Origin: a bacterium
Lineage (GTDB): Bacteria > Armatimonadota > Fimbriimonadia > Fimbriimonadales > Fimbriimonadaceae
DNA: 64,000 nucleotides
Reading direction: 5' to 3'
NCBI GenBank assembly: GCA_013823945.1
Contig: PNMZ01000001.1
Coordinates: forward strand, 906,356 to 970,355
Shown: positions 46,595 to 56,004 of the stretch, in pieces
Numbering within the stretch: position 1 is the first letter of the stretch
Layout: the number at the start of each line of letters is the position of its first letter
Notes under the pieces: model-generated
What the model was told of the DNA's origin: nothing
What the model saw: the letters and a program-made list of their open reading frames with translations, nothing else
The model's database searches: none
Program-made: the position numbers and the translations under genes

Positions 46595-48502
46595 TTAAGT
46601 TCGGTCGATGTAGATATGTCCGTTGGAGTCGGTTCCACCATCGGGGCGGACGGTGGCGCGAAGTTCGACTTTGTCGCCAGGCTTGACGACCAGGCCGTCG
46701 AAAGCATAAGTGTTTTTGGAATTGCTTCCTCCGGTGGTGCCCTCGTGTTCGTCGAATTTTGCGAGTTTGTTGTTGATCCAAATTTCCGCCCGTTTAATGT
46801 CAAGTCTGTGGGCACCGGATGTGTAGGCAAAGGTGATCCGGTAGTTGCCAGACTGTTTGATTTGAGTTGAGAGGTCAAATCTGATGGTTGACCATTCGGC
46901 TTGGAGCATTGTGGGGTTCCAACTGCCGGCCGGGGTGTCGCTGACTTCGAGGGTTCGGAAATTGACACTGCGTTTTGTCAGAACCTCGAGGTTGGGAGCG
47001 AGGCGGACGAGGAAATTGTCATAGTTTCGGAGGGTCTGAGGAGTCCAACCGACTTCGGCGACGGCAAGGGCACGGGGGAAGGCCATGTATTCGCGGTGAG
47101 CGAATGTCTTCATGTATTCCGTCCAAATATTGCCTTGGACACCGAGGACTCGGGGGTGATTTTCCGTCTTGATTTCGGGAACGATGGGATTGAAGCTGTA
47201 GACTTGCTGGAGGGGGAGATAGCCTCCGATGGCAAGGGGTTCTTCAGGGGACCGAGACTGGTAGTAGTCAAGATACATATGGCTTGTAGGGGTCATGACG
47301 ACGTCTTGTCCAAGGTTGGCGGCAGTAACTCCACCACCCGTTCCGCGCCAACTCATGACAGCGGATCTTTTGGGGAGTCCACCTTCGAGGATTTCATCCC
47401 AGCCAATAAGACGACGACCGTTTTGGTGGAGATGGTCTTCCATTTGTTGGATGAACCAAGATTGAAGTTCGTGTTCGTCTTTGAGTCCTCGCTCTTTCAT
47501 TCTTTGTTGCTCGGCGGGGTCTTTTTCCCATTGGGTCTTGGGGCACTCATCACCGCCGATGTGAATGAACTCGCTGGGGAAGATGTCCATGACCTCGGTG
47601 AGGACGTCGCGGCAGAATTGGACCGTTTCGGGTTTGGTGTTGAGGACTCGGTCACTCACTCCCCACCGCATCATAACTTCAGCTGGTTTGCCGTCACCGA
47701 GTTCGGGATATGCGGCGATGGCAGCGACCATATGGCCAGGCATATCTATTTCGGGGACAACGGTGATGTGGCGTTCTGCGGCGTACGCGACGATTTCGCG
47801 GAGATCGTCTTGGGTGTAGAAGCCACCGTGCGGGATGTTGTCGTACTCGGCAGTGTTTCGCCCGATGACAGTCTTTGGTCGGACGGAGCCGACTTGGGTA
47901 AGGCGAGGGTACTTCTTAATTTCGACTCGCCAGCCTTGATCATCGGTGAGGTGGAAGTGGAACGTGTTGATTTTGAAGAGAGCAAGCGTATCGATGAATT
48001 TGAGGACTTCCGCTTTGGTGGTGAAGTGACGGGCGACATCGAGCATGATTCCGCGCCATTTGAAGCGGGGCTCGTCTGTAATGGTAAGGCAGGGAATCTG
48101 CCAGTTTTGCGTTAGAGGAGTTGTGGAATGAATTGATACGGGAAGGAGTTGGCGAAGGGTTTGGACTCCGTAGAACAAGCCTGCTTCGGAAGGGGCGGTG
48201 ATTGTGAGGTTGGTTGGGGTTGCGACGAACGAATAGCTTTCTGGATTGGCTTTGGGATTAGGCTTGACGAGGAGGGCGATGGCGTTGTCATTTTTTGAAC
48301 TCAGATTGAATTTGAATCCAGTTGCGGGGGAAAGCGAAGCGCGTAAATACTGGGCGGCGAACGTTGATGATTCCGGAGTGAGAGTTGTTTGGGGGTTGAT
48401 ACGAAACGTCCCGGGAGTCGCTTTGATCTCAGCTGGGTAGGGGACGAGTGGAAGAGTGCTGAGAGGCATGAAAGCGAGAGATGCAGCGAGGGAGGCGATC
48501 AT
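46595..48502 (-). CDS. Beta-N-acetylhexosaminidase (GH20) with a C-terminal carbohydrate-binding module
   Basis: Signal peptide, GH20b N-domain, and a catalytic TIM barrel with H..GGDE (FIHIGGDECPKTQWEKD) and the D-E catalytic pair. C-terminal F5/8-like beta-sandwich. Confidence 0.85.
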   Translation of the reverse strand: MIASLAASLAFMPLSTLPLVPYPAEIKATPGTFRINPQTTLTPESSTFAAQYLRASLSPATGFKFNLSSKNDNAIALLVKPNPKANPESYSFVATPTNLTITAPSEAGLFYGVQTLRQLLPVSIHSTTPLTQNWQIPCLTITDEPRFKWRGIMLDVARHFTTKAEVLKFIDTLALFKINTFHFHLTDDQGWRVEIKKYPRLTQVGSVRPKTVIGRNTAEYDNIPHGGFYTQDDLREIVAYAAERHITVVPEIDMPGHMVAAIAAYPELGDGKPAEVMMRWGVSDRVLNTKPETVQFCRDVLTEVMDIFPSEFIHIGGDECPKTQWEKDPAEQQRMKERGLKDEHELQSWFIQQMEDHLHQNGRRLIGWDEILEGGLPKRSAVMSWRGTGGGVTAANLGQDVVMTPTSHMYLDYYQSRSPEEPLAIGGYLPLQQVYSFNPIVPEIKTENHPRVLGVQGNIWTEYMKTFAHREYMAFPRALAVAEVGWTPQTLRNYDNFLVRLAPNLEVLTKRSVNFRTLEVSDTPAGSWNPTMLQAEWSTIRFDLSTQIKQSGNYRITFAYTSGAHRLDIKRAEIWINNKLAKFDEHEGTTGGSNSKNTYAFDGLVVKPGDKVELRATVRPDGGTDSNGHIYIDRT

Positions 48503-48561
48503 GAGAACGTTGTAATGATGACTGAAATAGTTGATGAAGTGGTTTCAGTTGAGAGGATTTT

Positions 48562-49908
48562 ATGGGTAAGTTAAAATTTATGCGGAATCGAAGCAGATTT
48601 TGGGTTGGGATGGGGGTTTTGGCTCTGTCAGTCGTTGGTTTGGTTGCTTGTAACGGGGGCGGAGGGGCGGCGGAGACCAAAAAAGAGACAGAGGTTATGG
48701 TTTTTGAGGGGGGTTACGGAAAGGATTTTTATGAGGCTGCGGCAACCGAGTTCAACGAGAAAACCGGGGCTACGGTGGTGGTGATTGGTGATCCTCGAAT
48801 TGATCAGCAAGTGATTCCCCGGATGCAAAAAGGGAGTCCGCCGGATTTGACTTATCCGGGTTGGCGTTTTGATAGTTGGAAGGCGGTGCAGGACGGAGCT
48901 GTTGAAGAGCTGTCGGCCGCTTTGAAAGAGCCGGCTTACGGGAGTGAAACTCCTTGGGGTGAGACATTCAATCCGAGCCTGTTGAAACTGGGTCAGAGTG
49001 AAGGCAAACAGTACTTGATGCCTTACTTCTTCTCGCTGTTTGGTTGGTACTACGATCCTGATTTGTTTGAAGAAAAGGGTTGGACAGTGCCGAAGACGTA
49101 TGCTGAGTTGTTGGTTCTTTGTCAACAGATCAAGGCGAGTGGGATGGCTCCGATCACTTATCAGGGCCAGTATCCGGATTACATGATTGCCGGGATGCTC
49201 CAGCCATGGATTTTGAGTTCGGGGGGAATGGAGGCTTTGGCGGCGTGTCAAAACTTGGAGCCAGGCGCATGGCAAAGTGAGCCGGTGATTCGGGCGGCGA
49301 AGATGGTGCGTGAATTGCGAGACATGGGCTACTTCCAGAGTGGAGCTACGGCGATGAGCCATACGGAAGCGCAAGCGGAGTTTATCAATCGTCGGGCGGC
49401 GATGATTCCTTGCGGGACGTGGTTGTATTCGGAGATGGAAAGTTCGATGCCGGAAGGTCGCAGAATGAAGTTTATGTTGCCTCCCGTTTTGACGGACGGC
49501 AAAGGTGACCCGACGGCATTGATGGTCAAGGTTGAGCCCTGGTTTGTACCCAGCGCGGCAAAGAACAAGAAGACGGCGATAGATTATTTTAAGTTCTTGA
49601 CGTCGCAGGAAAAAGCGACTCAGTTTGTAAAAGAGAAGGGAACGTTTATGGCGGTGAAGGGTTCGACGCCGACCGATCTACCCGAGCATTTAGCGAGTGC
49701 AGGCGAGCTCTATGATGCGAGTTCTCAACTTTGGGCGGCTCAATGGCGAGAGTGGTATCCGGACTTTTACAAAATTGTTGGTGATATCGTCACTGAACTC
49801 TTGAACGGAGAATTGACCCCAGAAGAGTTCGGAGCGAAGGTCGAGGCAGAAGCGGAAAAATTGCGGGCTAATAAGAACGTCGCCAAGTACAAATACTCGG
49901 CGGATTAG
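48562..49908 (+). CDS. ABC transporter substrate-binding lipoprotein (family 1, carbohydrate)
   Basis: Lipobox LVACNGGGG and SBP_bac_1-like architecture. Followed by two MalFG-type permeases. Confidence 0.85.
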   Translation: MGKLKFMRNRSRFWVGMGVLALSVVGLVACNGGGGAAETKKETEVMVFEGGYGKDFYEAAATEFNEKTGATVVVIGDPRIDQQVIPRMQKGSPPDLTYPGWRFDSWKAVQDGAVEELSAALKEPAYGSETPWGETFNPSLLKLGQSEGKQYLMPYFFSLFGWYYDPDLFEEKGWTVPKTYAELLVLCQQIKASGMAPITYQGQYPDYMIAGMLQPWILSSGGMEALAACQNLEPGAWQSEPVIRAAKMVRELRDMGYFQSGATAMSHTEAQAEFINRRAAMIPCGTWLYSEMESSMPEGRRMKFMLPPVLTDGKGDPTALMVKVEPWFVPSAAKNKKTAIDYFKFLTSQEKATQFVKEKGTFMAVKGSTPTDLPEHLASAGELYDASSQLWAAQWREWYPDFYKIVGDIVTELLNGELTPEEFGAKVEAEAEKLRANKNVAKYKYSAD

Positions 49909-49919
49909 GGCGACGAGCG

Positions 49920-50801
49920 ATGGCAGGTCAGGACATTCGGAAAACAGGGTTTGTCCTGACCTGCTTGGTTCCAGGATTGACGCTTTACCTGTGGCTCGTC
50001 GTGGTGCCGTTCATCAAAACTCTCGAATTGAGCGGATATCGGTTTTCCGGTGTTTCGACCAAGCGGACATGGGTGGGGTTTGAGAATTTTGCGGACCTCG
50101 GTAACCGTGAGGAGTTTTGGTGGGCGGTTCGAAATAGCTTTACAATTCTGCTGGTCGTTGCTCCGATCTTACTTTTGATGGCGATGGGGTTGGCGCACTT
50201 GGCTCAAGGAGATTCCAAGGGGGCAAAACTGATGCGGACGATTTATCTGTTTCCGAATCTGATTTCCCTGGTGGCGGCGGCGTTGATTTGGCGAGCGGCT
50301 TACAATCCGAGCGTTGGTCTGTTGAGGGGAATTGGACTTGCCGGACCAGAGAATGGTTGGTTAGGGGATGTTGGAACGGCTTTTGGCGCGTTTGCGGTGG
50401 CGTTCGTTTGGGTGAGCTTGGGGTTTTATACGATGCTCTATTGCGCGGGCTTGGCGGGGATTCCCGGCGAGGTTCATGAAGCTTGCGAACTGGAGGGTGC
50501 TAAAGGATGGCGTAAGTACTGGCTGGTGACGAGGCCATTGATGTGGCCGGTTCGCCGGGTGGCTTCGGTTCATGTGACAATTGCATCGCTCGGGGTTTTT
50601 GCATTGGTCAATGTGATGACAGAGGGGGCACCCAGTAACCGCACTGAGACGATGCTCCATTCCTTGTATCGGATGATGACGACGGGAGGTGAGTTTGGTA
50701 AGGCAGCGGCAATGGGGGTTGTGATGATGGTGGTCACGGCTTTGGCGAGCATTGCTTTATGGGGTGTCTTTCGCCGTAATCCGGTGGAGGGTCAGCGATG
50801 A
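49920..50801 (+). CDS. Carbohydrate ABC transporter permease (MalF/UgpA-like)
   Basis: Six TM with an EAA loop (...EACELEGAKGWRKYWLVTRPLM...). Confidence 0.85.
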   Translation: MAGQDIRKTGFVLTCLVPGLTLYLWLVVVPFIKTLELSGYRFSGVSTKRTWVGFENFADLGNREEFWWAVRNSFTILLVVAPILLLMAMGLAHLAQGDSKGAKLMRTIYLFPNLISLVAAALIWRAAYNPSVGLLRGIGLAGPENGWLGDVGTAFGAFAVAFVWVSLGFYTMLYCAGLAGIPGEVHEACELEGAKGWRKYWLVTRPLMWPVRRVASVHVTIASLGVFALVNVMTEGAPSNRTETMLHSLYRMMTTGGEFGKAAAMGVVMMVVTALASIALWGVFRRNPVEGQR

Positions 50802-51604
50802 AGTTGCTGCGTAGTGGTTTGCTGGTTGGGTTTGGAGTGGTGGTGATTTTGCCGGTGCTTTGGGTGTTTTTTAGCTCGGTGCGAGGAAATCAAGAGATAT
50901 TAAATTCACCATTCGCGGTGACGATTCCGCCAGCATTTGACAATTTTGGCAAAGCGTGGGGGGCTCAGAATTTGGGAGCGGCATTCATTCTGAGTTTGAT
51001 TGTCACCTTGTTGACTTTGGTCTTTTTGATTCCAATTGGCGGGATGATGGCTTATGCATTGTCGCGATATCAGTTTCGAGGGTCGGGATTGATATTGGGA
51101 TTGGTGACTTTGGGGATGCTCTTTCCGAATTTGCTTGCGGCAGTGCCGCTCTTCTTGATGATGGCGGATATGGGTTTGGATGATTCTTTATTGGGCTTGG
51201 TGATGGCGTATGTGGCTTATTCCTTGAGCTTTACGGTGTTTGTTTTGCATGGTTTTTTTGCGGCGTTGCCCAATGAATTGGCGGAGGCGGCGACGATTGA
51301 TGGGGCGGGACATTGGAGTTTGTTTTTGCGTGTGATGGTTCCCCTTGCTTCGCCGGGGATTTGGGTAGTGGTGATTTTTAACGTCATTGGGCTTTGGAAC
51401 GAATACAACTTGGCAAAAATATTGATGTTGCAACAGAAAACATTGCCCGTGGGTTTGGCCGATTTGATCTCTCAGCAGCAATATGCGGGGGATTGGGGAG
51501 CGATCTTTGCCGGAGCAGTTCTGGTCATTTTCCCAGTGATGACGTTGTATCTGTTTTTGAAAGACAAGGTTCAGCAAGCGATGCTCGCCGGAGCCATCAA
51601 ATAA
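50798..51604 (+). CDS. Carbohydrate ABC transporter permease (MalG/UgpE-like)
   Basis: EAA loop AEAATIDGAGHWSLFLRVMVPLASPG. Start overlaps the upstream stop (ATGA). Confidence 0.85.
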   Translation: MKLLRSGLLVGFGVVVILPVLWVFFSSVRGNQEILNSPFAVTIPPAFDNFGKAWGAQNLGAAFILSLIVTLLTLVFLIPIGGMMAYALSRYQFRGSGLILGLVTLGMLFPNLLAAVPLFLMMADMGLDDSLLGLVMAYVAYSLSFTVFVLHGFFAALPNELAEAATIDGAGHWSLFLRVMVPLASPGIWVVVIFNVIGLWNEYNLAKILMLQQKTLPVGLADLISQQQYAGDWGAIFAGAVLVIFPVMTLYLFLKDKVQQAMLAGAIK

Positions 51605-51624
51605 GTGCGATCAAGTAAGATCGT

Positions 51625-52866
51625 TTGATGGTTGGAATGACTCCGAGTATTGAGATGATCCGGGCGCAGTTTCCGGGATTACGGGATGACTTTGCGTTCT
51701 TGGAGAATGCAGGTGGGAGTCAGGTTCCGGGGGTAGTGATCGATGAGATTGGCCGGTTTTACCGCGAGGATTATGCGCAGAAGGGGGCGACTTATGGGAT
51801 GAGTGTGCGGACGACGGAATTGCACGACAAGTGTAAGGTGTTTCTCAGCCGGATTTTTGGGGGAGAGGAAACGGGCTATGTTGCGGTCGGGCCGAGCGCG
51901 ACGGCTCTGTTTAATATGTTGGCGGGGGCTTTGCGACCAACTTTGCGACCGGGGGATGAAGTTGTAATTTCAGTCGCGAATCACGAAAGTCATGTTGGAT
52001 GTTGGGAGCGTTTGGCGGAGTTTGGGGTGGTGATCAAGTGGTGGGGCGTTGATGAGGAGACAGGCCTGAGTTCGCTGGATGATTTGGCGGCAATTGTCAC
52101 GGAGAAGACCAAGGTGATTGCATTTACCCAGACTTGCAATTTGGTGGGGGATATTGTTGATGCAAAAGCAGTTGTTAAGATTGCCGAGGAAGTCGGCGCG
52201 GTGACGGTGATGGATTCGGTTGCGGCGGCGAGTCACCAGGCGTTATTTGTTGATGAGTGGGGAGTTGATTTTTGCAGCTTCAGTTGTTACAAGGTTTATG
52301 GCCCGCATATGGCAGCGATGTGGGGGAAAAAGGAGCGATGGAGCGAGCTAACGGGGCCAAATCATAAACAGCTACCGGACAAGGGAGCGATGAAGTTTGA
52401 GCTAGGCTGTTTGAGCTATGAGTCGATGGCGGGGTTTTTAGCTTTGGGGCGTTACTTTGGATTCCTTGCTGGTGAGGAAATTGGTTTTGGTGAAGTGGCG
52501 AGTCGGAGGGTGATCGAGCGTGCTTATCAAGTGATGGACGAGCGTGAGACATTGCTGGAGGAGGCGATGCTGGGATGGTTGAATTCGCGGAGAGATGTGC
52601 GGGTTTTGGGCGTACGGACAGCTGGTGAAGATCGGCATCCAACGTTTAGTTTTCGGCATGATCGGTTATCGAGTCAGGAGATTGAGCGTCGAGCGCATGA
52701 GCATCCGGTTGCATTGAAATACGGGAATATGTACGCATGGCGAATTTGTGAAGCGTGTGGGATTCCGGCGGAGGATGGGGTAGTGCGGGTGAGTGCCGTG
52801 CATTATAACACCGTCGAGGAGATTCAGCGCGTGTGTGGGGTGCTGGAAGCGATCTTAAACGGTTGA
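51625..52866 (+). CDS. Class V aminotransferase-fold PLP enzyme (cysteine desulfurase / cysteine-sulfinate desulfinase-like)
   Basis: Fold-type I features with the PLP-lysine context FCSFSCYKVYGPH, analogous to SAHKxxGP of NifS/CsdA-like enzymes. 413 aa. Confidence 0.7.
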   Translation: MMVGMTPSIEMIRAQFPGLRDDFAFLENAGGSQVPGVVIDEIGRFYREDYAQKGATYGMSVRTTELHDKCKVFLSRIFGGEETGYVAVGPSATALFNMLAGALRPTLRPGDEVVISVANHESHVGCWERLAEFGVVIKWWGVDEETGLSSLDDLAAIVTEKTKVIAFTQTCNLVGDIVDAKAVVKIAEEVGAVTVMDSVAAASHQALFVDEWGVDFCSFSCYKVYGPHMAAMWGKKERWSELTGPNHKQLPDKGAMKFELGCLSYESMAGFLALGRYFGFLAGEEIGFGEVASRRVIERAYQVMDERETLLEEAMLGWLNSRRDVRVLGVRTAGEDRHPTFSFRHDRLSSQEIERRAHEHPVALKYGNMYAWRICEACGIPAEDGVVRVSAVHYNTVEEIQRVCGVLEAILNG

Positions 52867-52899
52867 TTTTGCTGAATCTAGTAGAATAGGGCCACGACT

Positions 52900-53472
52900 A
52901 TGGCTACAGATCGAAAAGCGAATTTGGATAAGTTCATTGCGGCTCTCGATAAGGCGGTTGATATTGAGCCTTGTGATGCGCGGTGTGACATGATCAAGCG
53001 GATTCTGGAGCAGGCGTTTACGCACAAATTAGAGATTCTGGATGACGCACATATGCAGCCTGCGGATGGCACCTATGCGCGTCACTTAGTTCACAAGGAT
53101 CCGGCGGGTCGCTATTCGGTGGTAGCGATGGTTTGGGATGTTGGGCAGGGGACAGCTCTGCATGACCACGCGGGAGAATGGTGTGTAGAGTGCGTATATC
53201 GAGGATTGATCCGTGTAACGTCGTTTGATTTGGTGGGTTCGCCAGATGACGAAATTGTTCAGTTCAAGGCCGAAGATTCGGTTTTGGCAGGGGTTGCGGA
53301 GGCAGGGGCGTTGATTCCCCCGTTTGAGTATCACGTTTTGGAGAATGCGATCAAAGACGGCCCTTCTGTGACGGTTCACGTTTACGGGCACGAGTTGACC
53401 CATTGTCATATCTTTGTTCCAGTTGATGGGGGCTATAAGCGCGAACGGCGCGAATTGGGTTACACGGCTTGA
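52900..53472 (+). CDS. Cysteine dioxygenase type I-like cupin
   Basis: Cupin His motifs: ALHDHAGEW parallels bacterial CDO VHDHGQS, and TVHVYGHEL parallels SLHVYSPPL. 190 aa. Confidence 0.6.
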   Translation: MATDRKANLDKFIAALDKAVDIEPCDARCDMIKRILEQAFTHKLEILDDAHMQPADGTYARHLVHKDPAGRYSVVAMVWDVGQGTALHDHAGEWCVECVYRGLIRVTSFDLVGSPDDEIVQFKAEDSVLAGVAEAGALIPPFEYHVLENAIKDGPSVTVHVYGHELTHCHIFVPVDGGYKRERRELGYTA

Positions 53473-54494
53473 ACCGATTGAAGTCAGTTGGTGAGGTCTT
53501 GCCTGGTTTGGCTTTGGTTGTGGCGATGGCGTTTGCCGCCAACTGGATTGCCGAACTGCCGTTTGTGAAGGATAGTTTGCGCTTCTCTTCGTTGCTCATT
53601 GTGATTTTGCTGGGGATTCTGGTGGCATCTGTTTGGAAGTTACCGGATGTTCTTGGGGCGGGGATCAAGTTGGCTCAGAAGCCGATTTTGCGATGGGCGG
53701 TGGCGGGTTTGGGGTTTCGATTGACTTTGCAGGAAGTGGCGGCGATTGGGGTTCCAGCGATTGCGGTCGTTTGTTTGGGCGTTGCAGGTTCGTTCTTGTT
53801 TTGTGTGTGGTTGGGAAAGATTTTGGGTCTGGGGGAGAAGCTCAGTTTGCTGCTTGCTACGGGCGGTTCAATTTGTGGGGCGAGTGCGATTGTGGCTGCC
53901 GATTCGGTTGTTGAAGCCGAAGGAAAAGATGCGGCGGTGAGTTTGGGGATTATCACTTTGTGGGGGACGGTTGGAATTTTCCTTTTTCCGGTTGTGGCGA
54001 AGGCATTGGGATGGGGGGATTTTGCATACGGCTTGATTTGCGGGGCGACATTGCATGAGACGGCGCAGGTTGTTGCGGCGGCCAGTGGGCTCTCCCCGGA
54101 AGCGACTAACGTAGCGACAGTGGTCAAGTTGGTGCGGATTTGTACTTTGGCACCGATGGTATTGGGAATTGGGTGGTTGATTCGGAGATCCGCCGTTGGG
54201 AAATCGGGTGAGGCCAAGGTGAGTTTGGTGCCTTGGTTCCTGGTGATGTTTGTGGTGTTTTCGTTGCTGGTGAGTGCGGTGAGCGATGCGAGTTTTCAGT
54301 CGTTTGTGAAGGAAGCGGTGAATCCGTTCGTAAAGTTTCTTTTGGCGGTCGGGATGGCGGGCGTTGGATTGCAGACGAACGTCCGGGATTTGTGGAAGGC
54401 GGGTTGGAAGGCTTTGGGACTTGGGCTGGCGCAGTGGCTTGTCTTGATCGGGATAACTTTGCTCACGATGTTGGCTCTTGGAATGTTTGCTTAA
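53469..54494 (+). CDS. YeiH/UPF0324-family putative sulfate/sulfite exporter
   Basis: Matches E. coli YeiH at conserved blocks: GFRLTLQEV (YeiH GFRLTFSQI), ATGGSICGASAIVAADSVVEAE (GAGSSICGAAAVLATEPVVKAE) and HETAQVVAAA (HEVAQVVAAG). Confidence 0.8.
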   Translation: MNRLKSVGEVLPGLALVVAMAFAANWIAELPFVKDSLRFSSLLIVILLGILVASVWKLPDVLGAGIKLAQKPILRWAVAGLGFRLTLQEVAAIGVPAIAVVCLGVAGSFLFCVWLGKILGLGEKLSLLLATGGSICGASAIVAADSVVEAEGKDAAVSLGIITLWGTVGIFLFPVVAKALGWGDFAYGLICGATLHETAQVVAAASGLSPEATNVATVVKLVRICTLAPMVLGIGWLIRRSAVGKSGEAKVSLVPWFLVMFVVFSLLVSAVSDASFQSFVKEAVNPFVKFLLAVGMAGVGLQTNVRDLWKAGWKALGLGLAQWLVLIGITLLTMLALGMFA

Positions 54495-54558
54495 AAATTT
54501 TTCAAATTATTCGATCTTTGGCGCAGAAAGTGTCGTCCAAGCAGGTTAAGGTTTCTTT

Positions 54559-55848
54559 ATGGCTCAAGGTGACGCGCTCGTTGGGGGTTCGGTAGGTGAA
54601 GCGGTCACAGCTCGTCAGATGCTGGAACTTATCCACGATTTGGGTCAATGTGACGATGCCCGCCAAATTTTGGTAGCGGCTTTGCGGCACTATCGGTACT
54701 TGTTTGGTGATTACAAGGGGTTATGTTTGTTGCTCGATGACCCGAAGACGGGGCACTGGCGGAGCGTAGCGTTTGAAAATCCATACGGTTTAAGTTGGGG
54801 TGGCGTTAAAGTTGGGCAGCTTCCGGAACGGACAGATTTGGAGCAAGTGGCTTCGCTTTTGGGACAGGTTGCGCCATGGATTGAGACGGATACTCCGGTA
54901 CGGCGGGATTTGGTGGAAGCTCAGGCGGCGTTTGTGGCAGATGGGTCGGTTTTGGCGGTTCGAATGGGAATGTTTACGGGGTTGACTGCGGACGTTTACT
55001 GGGTAGCAAGTTGGAGTCGCCCAGGAGGCGGTCGGGGCTGGAGCGTGCTTGGATTTGATCGGGAAAATGTTCCGCCGGAGTCGATGTTTGGACTGTACGA
55101 GACAGCAGTTGAGACAACGAGCAGGATGTCGTTCTATCCCTCTCTTTTACAATCGGTGGCTCATGCAGAACGGGTGAATCATAGTTTGCGACGGAACTTG
55201 GTTCATGACTTGAAAACGCCGATCACAGTCATCAAAGGTTATGGCGAAACGTTGGGGATGGTGCGAGATGATGAGGAGATGTTTGGTGAATTATTGGGCG
55301 GGATATTGGAGAGTTGCGACAGGCTGTTGGCGGATGTGAAGGACATTATTGAACCAATGGAGGGAGCTTGGACTCCAAAAAAAGAGGGGTTTGATTTGAG
55401 TCTGATGCTGCAGAAGGTTGTTTTGGCGGAACGGCACACGGAGCGATCTCGGACGCATTCGATTGAGATTGAGGGATGTGAAGAGCCAGTCATGGTTCAT
55501 GCTGATCGTCGAAAGTTGATGCGGGTCGTCGAGAATTTGTTGAGTAACGCCGTGAAGTATTCGCCGGGTGCAGGCAAAACGGTTTGGGTTAAGTTGCGAC
55601 AGGCTGGGGATTTAGTGGCTATTGAAGTTAAGGACGAGGGATTGGGTCTAAGCGCAGATCAGATTCAACGGGTGTTGAATGACTGTGAGCGAGTTGTTGA
55701 TGAGAGTTTGGGGATTGAGGGGAGTGGGTTTGGTTTGAGTTCTTGCCAGATTGTTTTGCGGGCGCATGGAGGCGAGTTGCAAGTTGAAAGCGAGGTGGGA
55801 GTGGGATCAGTTTTCCGGGCGGTGATGAAAAGAGTGGTGGAGTCTTGA
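54559..55848 (+). CDS. Sensor histidine kinase (GAF-like N-terminal sensor domain); no adjacent response regulator
   Basis: H-box LVHDLKTPITVIKGYGE. HATPase_c motifs N (LLSNAVKYS) and G1/G2 (VKDEGLGLS...GSGFGLS). Confidence 0.8.
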   Translation: MAQGDALVGGSVGEAVTARQMLELIHDLGQCDDARQILVAALRHYRYLFGDYKGLCLLLDDPKTGHWRSVAFENPYGLSWGGVKVGQLPERTDLEQVASLLGQVAPWIETDTPVRRDLVEAQAAFVADGSVLAVRMGMFTGLTADVYWVASWSRPGGGRGWSVLGFDRENVPPESMFGLYETAVETTSRMSFYPSLLQSVAHAERVNHSLRRNLVHDLKTPITVIKGYGETLGMVRDDEEMFGELLGGILESCDRLLADVKDIIEPMEGAWTPKKEGFDLSLMLQKVVLAERHTERSRTHSIEIEGCEEPVMVHADRRKLMRVVENLLSNAVKYSPGAGKTVWVKLRQAGDLVAIEVKDEGLGLSADQIQRVLNDCERVVDESLGIEGSGFGLSSCQIVLRAHGGELQVESEVGVGSVFRAVMKRVVES

Positions 55849-55936
55849 TTTCACCGAAGCTATCCATTTTTAGTGCACAGTTCTTATTTAGTTCTTCGAC
55901 CCTATAACTGCGATTTAGGGAGACGTCCGGGGATGC

Positions 55937-55944
55937 TGTATAAT
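55937..55944 (+). promoter_or_regulatory. Candidate -10 element (TGTATAAT) upstream of pyrG
   Basis: gatgcTGTATAATtg lies about 60 nt upstream of the pyrG ATG. A -35-like tttagg is about 17 bp further upstream. Confidence 0.3.
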
Positions 55945-56004
55945 TGTTGAGACCCGCTGGACTTTTTTGAGTCAGTTGTGCGTGTCGCTTTTCAGAGAAC
56001 AGGC

